Below, piece by piece: positions 11,671 through 25,490 of a stretch of 64,000 nucleotides of DNA. The DNA is taken from contig OX597821.1 in the NCBI GenBank assembly GCA_951406725.2, positions 18,228,001 through 18,292,000 on the forward strand, read 5' to 3'. A program made the translations under genes and the position numbers. The notes beneath the pieces are model-generated. The model was not told the origin of the DNA. It ran no database searches and saw only the letters and a list, made by a program, of their open reading frames with translations. Source of the stretch: Octopus vulgaris. Its lineage: Eukaryota. Positions within the stretch are counted from its first letter, which is position 1; each line of letters opens with the position of its first letter.

Positions 11671-13364
11671 CAGCCTTATAGGATTAATTCATTAAAATTT
11701 GGGGAGTTTAATGTAAATATTTAACTGCAAGATTTAAGACAAGGAAAAATTTTTCTAAGAAATAAAGCTGTGTTGTGTTGTTATAGTGATTTCAAATTTT
11801 GACAAAAGGCCAGCAGTTTTGAGGGAGGAAGTAAGTTGATTACATCGACCCAAGTGTTCAATTGGTACTTATTTTATCAACCCTGAAAGGATGAAAGGCA
11901 AAGATGACCAAGGAAGAATTTGAACTCAGAACATGTAAAGGACAGGCAAAATACCACTAAGCATTTTGTGTGGTGGGCAAACAATTCTGCCAGCTCACTG
12001 TCTTTTGTGATATTATAATGAAACAAAATGTCTAATACCTCAGGCAAAGAACTTTCTATTTTTGTATTCATTTTCCATTTTTAATTTTACTATCAAATCC
12101 TTTGTTTCACACCAAATTCAGTTTTATTCCATCTTCTTTATATTAATTGAAATTAAGAAACATTTAAAGCCAGAATCAGTTTGTAAGAAAAGTTCAATTT
12201 TTATTAGCATTGAAAATTAAGTGATTGGATTCCTTGCAAATAAATTCAAAAAGAAAAAAAATCAGTTCAGTGTTAATGTAGTCATTATATTATTTGCAAA
12301 ATATTGCCACTGAAAATGAGGCGTTTGGAATAATGGCAAATAAAACCTAGAAACGAGAGATTTTTATGCCAGAATATGAAAACATTGCAAGAGTCTGAGA
12401 TCAACTGATTCAAAGAATTTATCCCAAATATTACAGGATATATCTAGTATTTATAGAAATCTTTCTCTGTAACAACTCCAAATCATAATAAGGATTGAAA
12501 ATAAAAATAAACCCTACTCAAGCCACCGTGGAAGCTGTAACCACAAAACTATTTCAGAGCAAGCTTAAATGTGTGTGTGTGTTAATAGTTTAAAGTTCTT
12601 TTGGGACAAAATTCCAATATCAACACTTTTGTGACCAGATTTTTATGAAATACACTCCTTGTATGTTTCAATTTAGAAAATAATTAAGAGACTGGAGATT
12701 AAGAGAACTAACAAATTTTCAATGCTAAACTAGAATATGGAACACAACCTAACAGACTTAGAACAGATGACACTGTTGTAATCAGATTTCCGTAGAAATA
12801 CATCCAATCCTTATGTGTTTCAACTAATTTGGTAAAATAATCAAGAATTTGGAAAGATTTAGTAAACTGAGGCTACTTTATGTTAATCACCATCAAAATA
12901 ATTAACTCATCAGCCTCTGACAGATTCTAGCATGAAAATTGAAAAATCATAAATTAAAATTCTTAAATTTAAGTAAGCTAGCCAAAGAATTCAATCGTGC
13001 AGATTAAAACAACACTTTTGATTCCAATGAGACACAAATAAGTTAATACCTGTGGAAAGTGAACCTGTAAGAAAATTTCTGAAATGAGTTAGTGTGATAA
13101 TTTACACTTCTCAATATTTTAACCATCTGAACATGAGTGGTTGGTTTAAGATCACTAATGGTCTGTGGCTGAAACTTCAGAGACAATATGTTTATAAACT
13201 TATGACCAAGCAACAGAACAGCCAACCACAAAATCTCAAAAATCATCACAGAAGGGGTTAGTTGTGGTCTAGAAACATCTAAGTTTGTTATGTTAAAATA
13301 TTTCTTTATTGAATGCAAGGAGAAAATATGCATTGCATCAACTTACCACAGAGTTAACAATGAA

Positions 13365-13402
<38 letters not shown>

Positions 13403-13924
13403 CACACACGCACATACAGTATGAGGTCAGGATATCTAGTTAAACTAGTACTATATGTATATCATAAGGCAAGATTAACTATTATATATAGTTGGCTAAG
13501 AAACCATAAGTCAGAAAAGTACACACTCATTACATTTGTCAATAGTGGGTATATTAATCAAAGTATACAATAAGATTGGCTAAAATAAATCTATGCTACT
13601 GTATACTTTGAGATATATAATGCTAAGAGCAGTGATTACATTTGTTGGTTATATGATGAAAATCTGTGTGTATACATGCGTGTGTATAAAGCTTGTAAGC
13701 AATAAATCTGAAAATAATTTCAAAGTCTGTTGCACCTCCGTACAATAATGGCGAGATACTAGACTAACAAGTATGTGAAGTATATACACACATAATGTGT
13801 ATCTATACACACACATACACACGCATATATATATATTAACAATGCAATATATATTTGTATGAGAGACAGATACATATATATATAAGTATAAATATACATG
13901 TGTATAAATGTGTGTGTGTATGTG

Positions 13925-13999
<75 letters not shown>

Positions 14000-14354
14000 T
14001 TCTGTCAAATGATAGACAGACACCAACGTACTCTGCTATGTTATACACTAGAGAGAAACTATTAAAATCTAACATTGCTCCACTTAAACAGAGTTGAGTT
14101 GGATTTAGCAGGGATTAGCGCAGAGTTTGGAGTGCAGCTCTAGTCCAAAGCAGAGTTTGCAGCCCAGGTCTGGTGTTTGTGTGTCACAGTTGTTTTCAGT
14201 GCAATTTTGCTGTACACCTACATTTCAGGGAAGTGTACAAAAAGTGTGCAGCCATTGATTTGGAATGTCTTCTTGTAGTGTACAGCAATATTGACAGTAA
14301 TATTATTCTAGTATCTACCAAATATTTTCGGGCTCACTGTTCTAGTGTATGATA

Positions 14355-14657
14355 CAGGTGCAACACCAACTTTCTGGACACTAATGGTCCTGAATCTCTT
14401 ATAATCCACACTATTTTGCAAGCAAGAACTTCAAATTCCCATGCACACAGGCCAGCTTACTGGGTGAGCGTTTCAAAATACCTTGCATAGTACATTTCTA
14501 ACAAACTTGTATCATTTGTACTAATGTACAAAGTACCTGTATTTCATTTAATTATTTTAATAAATTTAATATTTGTCTAATTTAGTGGAACCCACCCCTG
14601 GTTCGGAAAAATATCAGTAACCCAGAAAGGACTTGGAACCAATTGATGTTGCACCTG
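14355..14657. mobile_element. Tc1/mariner-type MITE (duplicate at 44768-45070)
   Basis: TA|CAGGTGCAACACCAA ... TTGATGTTGCACCTG|TA. Confidence 0.75.
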
Positions 14658-14988
14658 TAATGTTATTTGAAATGCACATTTCGTGGATACCAATGTGGTT
14701 AGAAGTGGCCCCATTTATGTATGGCAAAACTTATTGAAAGCAAAAGTGGTTTTTTATTGCAAGACACTGTTATTGAAAGTGCACCTCTAGTGTATGGCAG
14801 ACTATTTTGTAGTGTTGCTCTAGTTTATGGCAATGTTATTAAGAGCACAGCAGCAGCAATAGCAAAAGTGTACACAGGGTGTTGCAATATGAGTCCATTG
14901 GTTGAGAGATCATTATCAGAAGCTGTGGTAAAACAGTGGTACTGGTAGAGATGGTAGCAGTGTTATGATATTGTCCCATTGCACTACA

Positions 14989-15159
14989 TTAGATTAACTG
15001 TCCAAGAAAGTCGGCGCCACTGTATCGCTCCTTCAGCTGTGGCCACTGCACCAGGAGGTGGTCAATGAAAGGATAGAGCAGTTGCGCTGACAGGGACAAA
15101 GTTTTGACACGGCAGACACTTTCCACATACACTATGGTAACATCCATCAGGAAGAGATA
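14989..15159 (-). CDS. ALG14: Duplicated ALG14 terminal exon (distal copy; alternative last exon or pseudo-exon)
   Basis: Identical to 45402-45572 (offset 30413) with intact acceptor and stop. Confidence 0.7.
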   Translation of the reverse strand, partial: YLFLMDVTIVYVESVCRVKTLSLSAQLLYPFIDHLLVQWPQLKERYSGADFLGQLI

Positions 15160-16315
15160 CTGAAGAGAGAAAGAGAAAAACTTACATTTTATAACATCAA
15201 CAATATAGACAGGCAATCTGTTGTTGTTTGAGAACACATCTTGTGTATGGTCATAGTTTAGGAATGTGCTAGGGGAATACTGTTTAAGAGTATAAAAATC
15301 TTGCAATGGTGTGCTATTTTAGTAGAAAATAATGTTTTTGTTCAGCTCTAGGACAATTTTGGTGATCAAAGGCTTTCTACCTGTTGACTTTAAGTACATT
15401 ATGCAATGTACCTTTTCTTTATTTAAGATAATGGATGTGATTAAAAGGAGATTTAGCAGCTGTTTCAAGCAGGTCAATAAACCTCATAAATACTTTCTCA
15501 TTATGTGTGGCATTTGTAGTGTTTAATTATGTTCTTAAAAGTACCCTTCTAGTGTATAGTAATTGTGTTAGGCAGTGCTGTTCTGGAATGTTAAAATTCG
15601 AACACTACAACACCATCTTATCCCACTAAGATATTTCTCCCACCTGATCCAGACAAACATAAAGCACCACTAAAAAATAGCTACAATATTAGTACCCCCC
15701 ATTAGAGCCAAGCACCATGTAAGGATGCACATGCCATCAGTAAAAAGTGTAGAGAAACAACAAGAATCATATGAACAAATCCTCTTTGTCTAAAACTCAC
15801 TTACAAGGGCACAAAAGGCTTACCACACTCACCTACAGGCGTACAAAAGGTACAACCATACCTACAAGCATACAAAATGAGTCACCAAAGAAAGCCTCTG
15901 CTAGATATAGCAATCAAATCTTTCTCAAATCAGACACTGCTATTTTGAACAAAAAACAAATAGGGGAACACAATCATGTAGCTTTCATATGTTGTCTGCA
16001 AAAAACGAAAATAAGAAAAAGATAGGATGGTCATGCCTGGATTGCCTTTGTGTGAAGATTCACTGGATCAATGTCTCTCAGAACATTAGTTGTACTAAGA
16101 CCGGGAACAATTACATATTTAAACTGTCCCATGCTACACAATATGATAAAGCACTGCCTGTTTAATATAGGTCTCTATGAGGCAAAGATAGGATATAGTT
16201 TGAACTATGGATTTATAACTCATAGCTAATTATTTACTTAACTAATTACTGACTCAGGACTGACGATACACAACAACATCACACATCAATTTAGTCTTAC
16301 ATAACTGAAACCCAC

Positions 16316-16375
16316 CTTGAGTATAAGTCCAACAAATGCAATAGGTACACAGATTCCGGGGCCATTACACAGGAT
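16316..16375 (-). CDS. ALG14: Duplicated ALG14 penultimate exon (distal copy; alternative exon or pseudo-exon)
   Basis: Identical to 46729-46788 (offset 30413) with intact splice sites. No duplicate of the 55961-56083 exon was seen upstream of it. Confidence 0.7.
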
Positions 16376-16654
16376 CTGGAAGAGAAGTGATATAAAACAA
16401 TTAAGTAGAAAACTGCTTAAATGAATATAGCAGTTGATTATTATATCAAAGACTTTTGAGTTCTAATTCAAAGCAAGTCATCATCATCATCGATGTCATT
16501 ATCATTTTACGTCTCTTTTCCATGCTGTCATAGGTTGGACAGCCAGAGAGGCTTTGTGTATTTTAGCAGTTCATTTAACTTTTTTGATACCAACTCATCC
16601 CAGGCTGGACTTGGTTCCATGACATAAATTTCCTATTTTAAAAAATTATCTAGA

Positions 16655-17248
16655 CTAGGCAATGACCAGTGACCAAGACCTTTGGAAATATGATGTGCGT
16701 GAGAAGACCAGTCAGGACAAGTGAGTCCAGCCCACTTATGCATGTCTTTCCTCCCTTGGACACACAAAGACCTGTTGAGGCAAGCGAAGTTGAAATCAAA
16801 CCTCATCCGACGACAGGCACCCATGCCAAATAAGAAAAAGATAGTCTGCTTGCGAAGACCTGTTGGGGCAAGTGAAATCGAAATCGGAATCGAAATTGAA
16901 CCAATCCTATGACTGGCACCCGGCAGTTGCCAGGACCCCTGGACTGGTGGTACGTAAAAAGCGCTATCCGAATCGTGGCTGATGCCAGCGTCGCCTCGAC
17001 TGGCTTCCATGCCGGTGGCACGTAAAATGCACCAATCCGACCGTGGCCGTTGCCAGCCTCGCCTGGCACCTGTGCAGGTGGCACATAAAAAGCACCCACT
17101 ACACTCACGGAGTGGTTGGCGTTAGGAAGGGCATCCAGCTGTAGAAGCCTGGTGCAGCCTTCTGGCTTCCCAGATCCCCGGTCGAACCGTCCAACCCATG
17201 CTAGCATGGAGAACGGACGTTAAACGATGATGATGATGATGATGATGA
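16655..17248 (+). mobile_element. 3' end of RTE family 2 with (GAT)n tail (duplicate at ~47128-47784)
   Basis: Begins with sequence homologous to the ORF end at 10500-10550 (MTSDxDLWKY..EKT), followed by the 3' UTR and GAT repeats. Confidence 0.75.
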
Positions 17249-17656
17249 AACCATCAAAAGTCTATGTTATTCTATGCTCTAAACATGAGCCTAATAACGA
17301 CAAAATTATTTTTTATTAAAAAAATTCTTATTTTCAAAATTTACTAAAACAAAAACAATGTATTCCAAGAGAAAATATGGTAACAAAAAAAGTGAATTCT
17401 ACATTGCCTCAGTTGACTTTACATAGGTAAATAAGTATTATTCCATCTTGCAATGTTACTTACTATCTAGGAAGAAAGTCCCCCCCACCAAAATATGTTT
17501 AACTAGAGGTGAAACATTAGTTCTGAAAATGTCTTAAGCATTTTAGGAATGTTGTGAACCAGTTTACAAATATGTAATTACACTTTTGTTATATTAGAGG
17601 TTTAGGTCTAGGAATAAAGGAGTGTTAAATCAACAGAGCCTGGTTTATAATGAGGA

Positions 17657-18096
17657 CTAGCAGCATAGCCCGGCGTTGCCCGGGTATGTAAGAGCCCCTA
17701 ATAGGCAACGACTAATCCCAATCTAGTCCCAACGACTAATCCCAATCTTCCCAATCTAGGGAACGAAGGCGCATGTGTAGGTTGCAATGTCTTCTCTTCA
17801 CTCGAATACTTCTGTGTATACGATGTTCCTAGCTGTCCCTAGCTGTCGAGTTGTGTCCCCTAGACAGAAAATGTGTTGCATATAAAAAGCTTAGATTCTC
17901 GACCCCATGTCGAATTTATCGATTTTTTTCAGAACTGGGGGAACTTTTCAAAATTTTCGCTGCGTTAGTTTTGAATTATGACATTGGGCTATGTGTGTGT
18001 CAAGTTTCATCAGAATCGGTTGAAAGCCGTGGTCAGGGTGAGGGTACAACCTGACAGACACACAGACAGACAAAGTGCCGATTATATAGAGAGAGA
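17657..18096 (-). mobile_element. Non-autonomous Helitron, family B (duplicate at 48196-48604)
   Basis: 5' TC and 3' CCCGGGCAACGCCGGG hairpin then CTAG|T. A longer copy lies at 58279-59075. Confidence 0.8.
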
Positions 18097-18559
18097 TAAT
18101 AAGGACAAATGTTACAAAGACCTACTATAGATACTACAATAACATACAAATGTACTTCATGAAGGTGTCAACCAGTTTCCAAATTGGTTCAAATCAGTTA
18201 TTGTTTAGCCCCAAGTCAGCACAGATCCACAAGAGGCCTATCAAAGACATTCCAGCTATGACCATTTTGTTCTATTTTCAGATATGGTATACCAAAGCAA
18301 GCAGATCTGTTATCAAAGATGTTCCAGCCGTGATCACCTCATCATATATCCAATTAGTGTATCTTGGATTATATAGTCCTTTGTCGTTGTTGCTAAGTTC
18401 CAGGTCAGTGCCTGTCCAGCAGATCTATTATCAAAGATGTCCCAGCCATAACCATCCCAGAGCTTTTAAACTACAGTTTATCTAGGGCTACCTTATTCAA
18501 TAAAGTGATTTTCAACTGGGGTCCATATAAGACAATATTATTAAAATTTATCAGCAATA

Positions 18560-19204
18560 GGCACAGGAGTGGCTGTGTGGTAAGTAGCTTGCTTACCAAC
18601 CACATGGTTCCGGGTTCAGTCCCACTGCGTGGCACCTTGGGCAAGTTTCTTCTACTATAGCCTCGGGTGGACCAAAGCCTTGTGAGTGGATTTGGCAGAC
18701 GGAAACTGAAAGAAGCCCGTCGTATATATGTATATATATATAACGGGAAGCTTTATGAAAATAGACAAAAGACGAAGGCAGGTGGAAAACAAACAAACAA
18801 TTGTATTAGTATGGCGCTCAGGAAATATAAATAAAACAAGTCTTTAACATTTCGAGCCTACGCTCTTCAACAGAAAGATACACAGAGAGAAAAAAAACAC
18901 AGAAAGAAGGAGAGAAAAAAAATGCGTGCAGTAACTAACGAATCAACATGGCGATCTGTATATATATATATATGTGCGTGTGTGTTTGTGTGTCTGTGTT
19001 TGTCCCCCTAGCATTGCTTGACAACCGATGCTGGTGTGTTTATATCCCCGTCACTTAGCGGTTCGGCAAAAGAGACCGATATAATAAGTACTGGGCTTAC
19101 AAAGAATAAGTCTCGGGGTCAAGTTGCTCGATTAAAGGCGGTGCTCCAGCATGGCCGCAGTCAAATGACTGAAACAAGTAAAATAGTAAAAAGAGTAAAG
19201 AGTA
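18560..19204 (+). mobile_element. tRNA-derived SINE family 1 with a ~215-bp insert in its TA tract (paralog 49071-49426 lacks the insert)
   Basis: GGCACAGGAGTGGCTGTGTGGTAAG head, GGTTCAGTCCC B-box, AAAAGAGT tail. Confidence 0.85.
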
Positions 19205-20225
19205 ATAGATTTGTTATAATTTCTGCAATTCACAAAATATATTAACAATATTTTTTTTCTACAAACCCTAATGATATTTAATTATTTAAAAAATGATGTG
19301 ATTTTTAAACACTGGTGCAGCCTTCTGGCCTCCCAGACCCCAGTTGAACTGTCCAACCCATGCTAGCATGGAAAGCGGATGCTAAATGATGATGATGATG
19401 ATGATGAATAGCTAGGAGTAGCCATCCGAGTGAAAGGGGTTCATATGTTATAAATGGTTGAAAAACACTGATCCAACAGGTCCTTTTTCTAAAACAGCAG
19501 TGTGCGATTTGAGGAAGATTTTGTTGATATTTCTAGCAAGCTAAGCAACCAAATTGAGGCTGCTACATTGACTCAAAATTACCTGATTTATGTTAATGCG
19601 GATCTTTTCTGTTTGGTTGCCAGTGGCTGCCAGTGTCAATTGTCTGTTTGAATTAAATTTCATATTCAGTGTAATGATATACTTTTATAGGCTAATTAAT
19701 GATGGGAAATTAATTTTCGCTATAAATCGACAAATAAAGAGTTATTAGTAATTAAAGTTTGAAAATTTTGGTAATTTTAGCCAAACGTAAGCCACAGATG
19801 CATTCATGGCTGTTTCGATAAACATGAGAACTCTTTTGTCTCTCAACATGCCTGTTGCCATAGTAACAAGCAAATCTGAAATACTCTTTGAAAAGTTTTT
19901 TATCTGTGAGGAAGCACATGATGACAAATTTGATGCTGTGTTCTGGGTGATTGTAGCAGCAAGCTCCAGTAACTTTGCTTCTATTATGGAAAGCATTGAA
20001 AACAAAGGAGGATATTTTAAAAATTAAAACCGAAAGTTAAATGTATTTTTACACATATTTGAATTGTATTTAAACCAGGTGGTTGTGAGGTGTGCTAAAA
20101 ATAATAGCTAAATAAGATTTTTTTTGATAAATCTTTTAAATTGAAGTTTATTTACCAACATCTCGCTCAGAGATTTAAAATTTTTTTCTCTCTTAAATTA
20201 ACTTTTATCTACATAAAAGAAAATT

Positions 20226-20607
20226 ACTCTTTTACTTGTTTAAGACATTTGACTGCGGCCATGCTGGAGCACCGCCTTTGGTCAAGCAAATCGACCCCGG
20301 GACTTATTCTTTGTAAGCCCAGTACTTATTCTATCGGTCTCTTTTGCCGAACCGCTAATTAATGGGGACATAAACACACCACCATCGGTTGTCAAGCAAT
20401 GCTAGGGGGACAAACACATACACGCACATACATATATATATATACGACAGGCTTCTTTCAGTTTCCGTCTACCAAATCCACTCACAAGGCTTTGGCCGGC
20501 CCGAGGCTATAGCAGAAGACACTTGCCCAAGATGCCCCGCAGTGGGACTGAACCCGGAATCATGTGGTTGGTTAGCAAGCTACTTACCACACAGCCACTC
20601 CTGCGCC
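20226..20607 (-). mobile_element. tRNA-derived SINE family 1 (paralog 50436-50849)
   Basis: Reverse complement of the family 1 sequence. Confidence 0.85.
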
Positions 20608-21059
20608 TGGAGAACTTTCATCTAATTCTTCTAAACCTTTCTGTTAAAAATTGTAATGTGTTTATCGCATGTAACGTGTTGCTCATTGCATTTGCATTAA
20701 ACACTAGTGGTTGTAAGGTATGCTAAAAATGACAACTAAATAAGATTTATTTGCATGAAAGAAAATTACTGAACGCATAACACATGTTGTTTACAAATAT
20801 TGACAACACGTGCTATTTCCAGGATGTTGACGACAAAATGTGCAGTTAGGCACAAAATGACAGCTTCCAAATCTTACTTCCTGACTCGGTGAAAAGGACC
20901 AAACTTTAAACCTCTATAACTTTTTTAAAAACATTTCTATGGGGAAAAAAATGAAATAACTCCAGCAATTCAGTTTGGGCAAGTGTATTGTTGTACCAAA
21001 TTTTATAATTTTCGGTAGACTATAATTTTTGGAGCCGTGGGAATCAAACAGAAAAGATC

Positions 21060-24000
21060 CGGGATCTTTTCAGTTTGAACGGCAGTTTTTTCTAGCTGTG
21101 TCATATGAAATTGTCACCTATGATTATGACCCTAGTATCGATCTATTGCATTTCAATCTGTTTTAGGGTTAGGGTTAGGGGTGGGGGGAAGGGTATGTTT
21201 TTTTCTTCACGAATGTAAATAAAACCAATCTGTTTCTTAAACGAAGTCCTACAGCGACTACCTAGCAAAGTAAATAAAACACAAATATTTTTTAGGATCT
21301 TTTCGGTTTGAACGGCAGTTTTTCTAGCGGTGTCATATGAAATGGTCACCCATAATTATGACCCTAGTATCGATCTACTGCATTTCTATCTGTTTTAGGG
21401 TCAGGGGTGGGGGGAAGGGTATCTTTTTTTCTTCACAAATGTAAATAAACCCAATCTGTTTCTTAAACGAAGGACATATTCATACGGCACAGAATGTTTT
21501 CACTTCAAAAGACGTCATTGATTGGTTGAAATTGCAGAAATTGAAGAAAAAAAAACAACAAATATCTTACAAACTACAGAATTTTCTCAATAAAGCTAAG
21601 AGAAAAAGATGGTTTATCAACACATTCTACCAGTATATGAAGTTTAAAATTTTTCAGTTACCTAGAAATTATTTTTAAAAACTGCTGTTCAAACTGAAAA
21701 GATCTAAGATCCGTTAATACAAATACTGAAAGTGACAGTGTACTGACCCCCACTGACCACTGATAATGGTTTTAGACAACAATTTTGATAAAATGAAGAT
21801 AAGCTACAGTACAAGGGAGATAATAGTTGAGCAAAAAGTTCTTAAATTACCTCCCTTGCTACACACTGTGAACTTACAGTCGGTTGCCGTTTAGATAAAT
21901 GAACTAAATAAAATCAGTAATTAGTTAGTACATTTACTTACCAATTATGGTACTGATAATTATTTTACCGACTCCAAATGAATAAGAATAAAACCAATAG
22001 GGTCAGGATTTAAATTAACAACCTAAAGAGACACGAAGGCCGGAAATATGTAAAAGGAAGGCACACAGTCCGTTGAATTAAATTCAACGCATGCCTCTTA
22101 CCTATTTTATTGCCCTAGAAACAGTGCCATCTTAAAACATGGCCACACTGAACAGTTTCCCTGGGACCACACGAATTAGAGGTTCATATTTTAGCTGTGG
22201 ATTACTATCGAAGACATAAATACCGTATTTGATGAGATATAAGACGCATGTGTTTCAAAGAAATATCTCTTCAAAAATCACCATTTGGTCCTATATCCGA
22301 AGTTCAGCCTATATTACACGCTTTAATGTATTAAAAGTGGTACTACTTAAAAGTGGTCCCGGTGCGCGTAGACGCACATCCGCGCTAGCTAGTCGTGACT
22401 AGTCGATCCTACAGCGACTACATAGCAAAGTAAATAAACACACAAATATTTTTTAGGATCTTTTCGGTTTGAGCTGCATTTTTTCTAGCGGTGTCATATG
22501 AAATTGTCACCCATAATTATAACCCTAGTATCGATCTACTGCATTTCTATCTGTTTTAGGGTCAGGGGTGGGGGAAGGGTATATTTCCGGCCTTCGTGTC
22601 TCTTTAGGTTGTTAATTTAAATCCTAACCCTATTGGTTTTATTCGTATTCATTTGGAGTCGGTAAAATAATTATCAGTACCATAATTGGTAAGTAAATGT
22701 ACTAACTAATTACTGATTTTATTTAGTTCATTTATCTAAACGGCAACCGACTGTAATTTCACAGTGTGTAGCAAGGGAGGTAATTTAAGAACTTTTTGCT
22801 CAACTATTATCTCCCTTGTACTATAACTAAACCCAATCTGTTTCTTAAACGAGGGACATATTCATGCGGCACAGAATGTTTCACTTCAATAGATGTCATT
22901 GATTGGTTGAAATTGCAGAAAAAAAAACAACAAATATCTTACAAACTACAGAATTTTCTCAATAAAGCTAAGAGAAAAAGATGGTTTATCAACACATTCT
23001 ACCAGTATATGAAGTTTAAAATTTTTCAGTTACCTAGAAATTATTTTTAAAAACTGCTGTTCAAACTGAAAAGATCTAAGATCCGTTAATACAAATACTG
23101 AAAGTGACAGTGTACTGACCCCCACTGACCACTGATAATGGTTTTAGACAACAATTTTGATAAAATGAAGATAAGCTACAGTACAAGGGAGATAATAGTT
23201 GAGCAAAAAGTTCTTAAATTACCTCCCTTGCTACACACTGTGAACTTACTGTCGGTTGCCGTTTAGATAAATGAACTAAATAAAATCAGTAATTAGTTAG
23301 TACATTTACTTACCAATTATGGTACTGATAATTATTTTACCGACTCCAAATGAATAAGAATAAAACCAATAGGGTCAGGATTTAAATTAACAACCTAAAG
23401 AGACACGAAGGCCGGAAATATGTAAAAGGAAGGCACACAGTCCGTTGAATTAAATTCAACGCATGCCTCTTACCTATTTTATTGCCCTAGAAACAGTGCC
23501 ATCTTAAAACATGGCCACACTGAACAGTTTCCCTGGGACCACACGAATTAGAGTAAATATTTTAGCTGTGGATTACTATCGAAAACATAAATACCGTATT
23601 TGATGAGATATAAGACGCATGTGTTTCAAAGAAATATCTCTTCAAAAATCACCATTTGGTCCTATATCCGAAGTTCAGCCTATATTACACGCTTTAATGT
23701 ATTAAAAGTGGTACTACTTAAAAGTGGTCCCGGTGCGCGTAGACGCACATCCGCGCTAGCTAGTCGTGACTAGTCGATCCTACAGCGACTACATAGCAAA
23801 GTAAATAAACACACAAATATTTTTTAGGATCTTTTCGGTTTGAGCTGAATTTTTTCTAGCGGTGTCATATGAAATTGTCACCCATAATTATAACCCTAGT
23901 ATCGATCTACTGCATTTCTATCTGTTTTAGGGTCAGGGGTGGGGGGAAGGGTATATTTCCGGCCTTCGTGTCTCTTTAGGTTGTTAATTTAAATCCTAAC

Positions 24001-25490
24001 CCTATTGGTTTTATTCGTATTCATTTGGAGTCGGTAAAATAATTATCAGTACCATAATTGGTAAGTAAATGTACTAACTAATTACTGATTTTATTTAGTT
24101 CATTTAACTAAACGGTAACCGACAGTAATTTCACAGTGTGTAGCAAGGGAGGTAATTTAAGAACATTTTGCTCAACTATTATCTCCCTTGTACTGTAGCT
24201 TATCTTCATTTTATCAAAATTGTTGTCTAAAACCATTATCAGTGGTCAGTGGGGGTCAGTACACTGTCACTTTCAGTATTTGTATTAACGGATCTTAGAT
24301 CTTTTCAGTTTGAACAGCAGTTTTTAAAAATAATTTCTAGGTAACTGAAAAATTTTAAACTTCATATACTGGTAGAATGTGTTGATAAACCATCGTTTTC
24401 TCTTAGCTTTATTGAGAAAATTCTGTAGTTTGTGAGATATTTGTTGTTTTTTTTTCTTCAATTTCTGCAATTTCAACCAATCAATGACATCTATTGAAGT
24501 GAAAACATTCTGTGCCGCATGAATATGTCCCTCGTTTAAGAAACAGATTGGGTTTAGTTATAGTACAAGGGAGATAATAGTTGAGCAAAAAGTTCTTAAA
24601 TTACCTCCCTTGCTACACACCGTGAAGTTACTGTCGGTTGCCGCTTAGATAAATGAACTAAATAAAATCAGTAATTAGTTAGTACATTTAAATTAACAAC
24701 CTAAAGAGACACGAAGGCTGGAGAATTAAATTCAGTCCGTTGAATTAAATTCAACGCATGCCTCTTACCTATTTTATTGCCCTAGAAACAGTGCCATCTT
24801 AATACATGGCCACACTGAACAGTTTCCCTGGGACCACACGAATTAGAGGTTCATATTTTAGCTGTGGATTACTATCGAAGACATAAATACCGTATTTGAT
24901 TGAGATATAAGACGCATGTGTTTCAAAGAAATATCTCTTCAAAAATCACCATTTGGTCCTATATACGAAGTTCAGCCTATATTACACGCTTTAATGTATT
25001 AAAAGTGGTACTACTTAAGAAGAGTGGTCCCGGTGCGCGTAGACGCACATCCGCACTAGCCACTCGTGACTAGTCGATCCTACAGCGAATACCTAGCAAA
25101 GTAAATAAAACACAAATATTTTTAGGATCTTCTCGGTTTGAACAGCAGTTTTTCTAGCGTAGTCATGTGAAATTGTCACCCATAATTATAACCCTACGGA
25201 ATTTCTATCTGTTTTAGGGTCAGGGTATCTTTTTTCTTCACAAATGTAAATAAACCCAATCTGTTTCTTATACGGCACAGAATGTTTTCACCTCAATAGA
25301 CGTCATTGATTGGTTGAAATTGCAGAAATTGAAGATAAAACAAATATCTTACAAACTATAGAATTTTCTCAATAAAGCCAAGAGAAAAAGATGGTTTATC
25401 AACACATTCTACAAGTATACGAAGTTTAAAATTTTTTAGTTACCTAGAAATTATGTTAAAAACTGCCGTTCAAACCGAAAAGATCCGTAT
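21060..25490. repeat. Tandem and inverted array of GGATC-MITE plus flanking unique sequence
   Basis: A ~1379-bp direct period (21701 vs 23080), with inverted segments at ~22587-22826 and ~23957-24555. Only one unit is present in the paralog at 51.3-53.1 kb. Confidence 0.88.

Larger units (their letters stand above)
6864..25490 (+). repeat. Segmental duplication, left copy (paralog of ~35326-53095)
   Basis: Collinear near-identical sequence and paired ORFs (7555/36019, 11877/41853, 14721/45134, 15771/46184, 19745/49951). The right part (21-25 kb) is internally rearranged. Confidence 0.93.

Noticed and set aside
19745-20027. Overlapping antisense ORFs conserved at 49951-50233
   Set aside because: The conservation is explained by the recent duplication. 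No recognisable motif or splice context.
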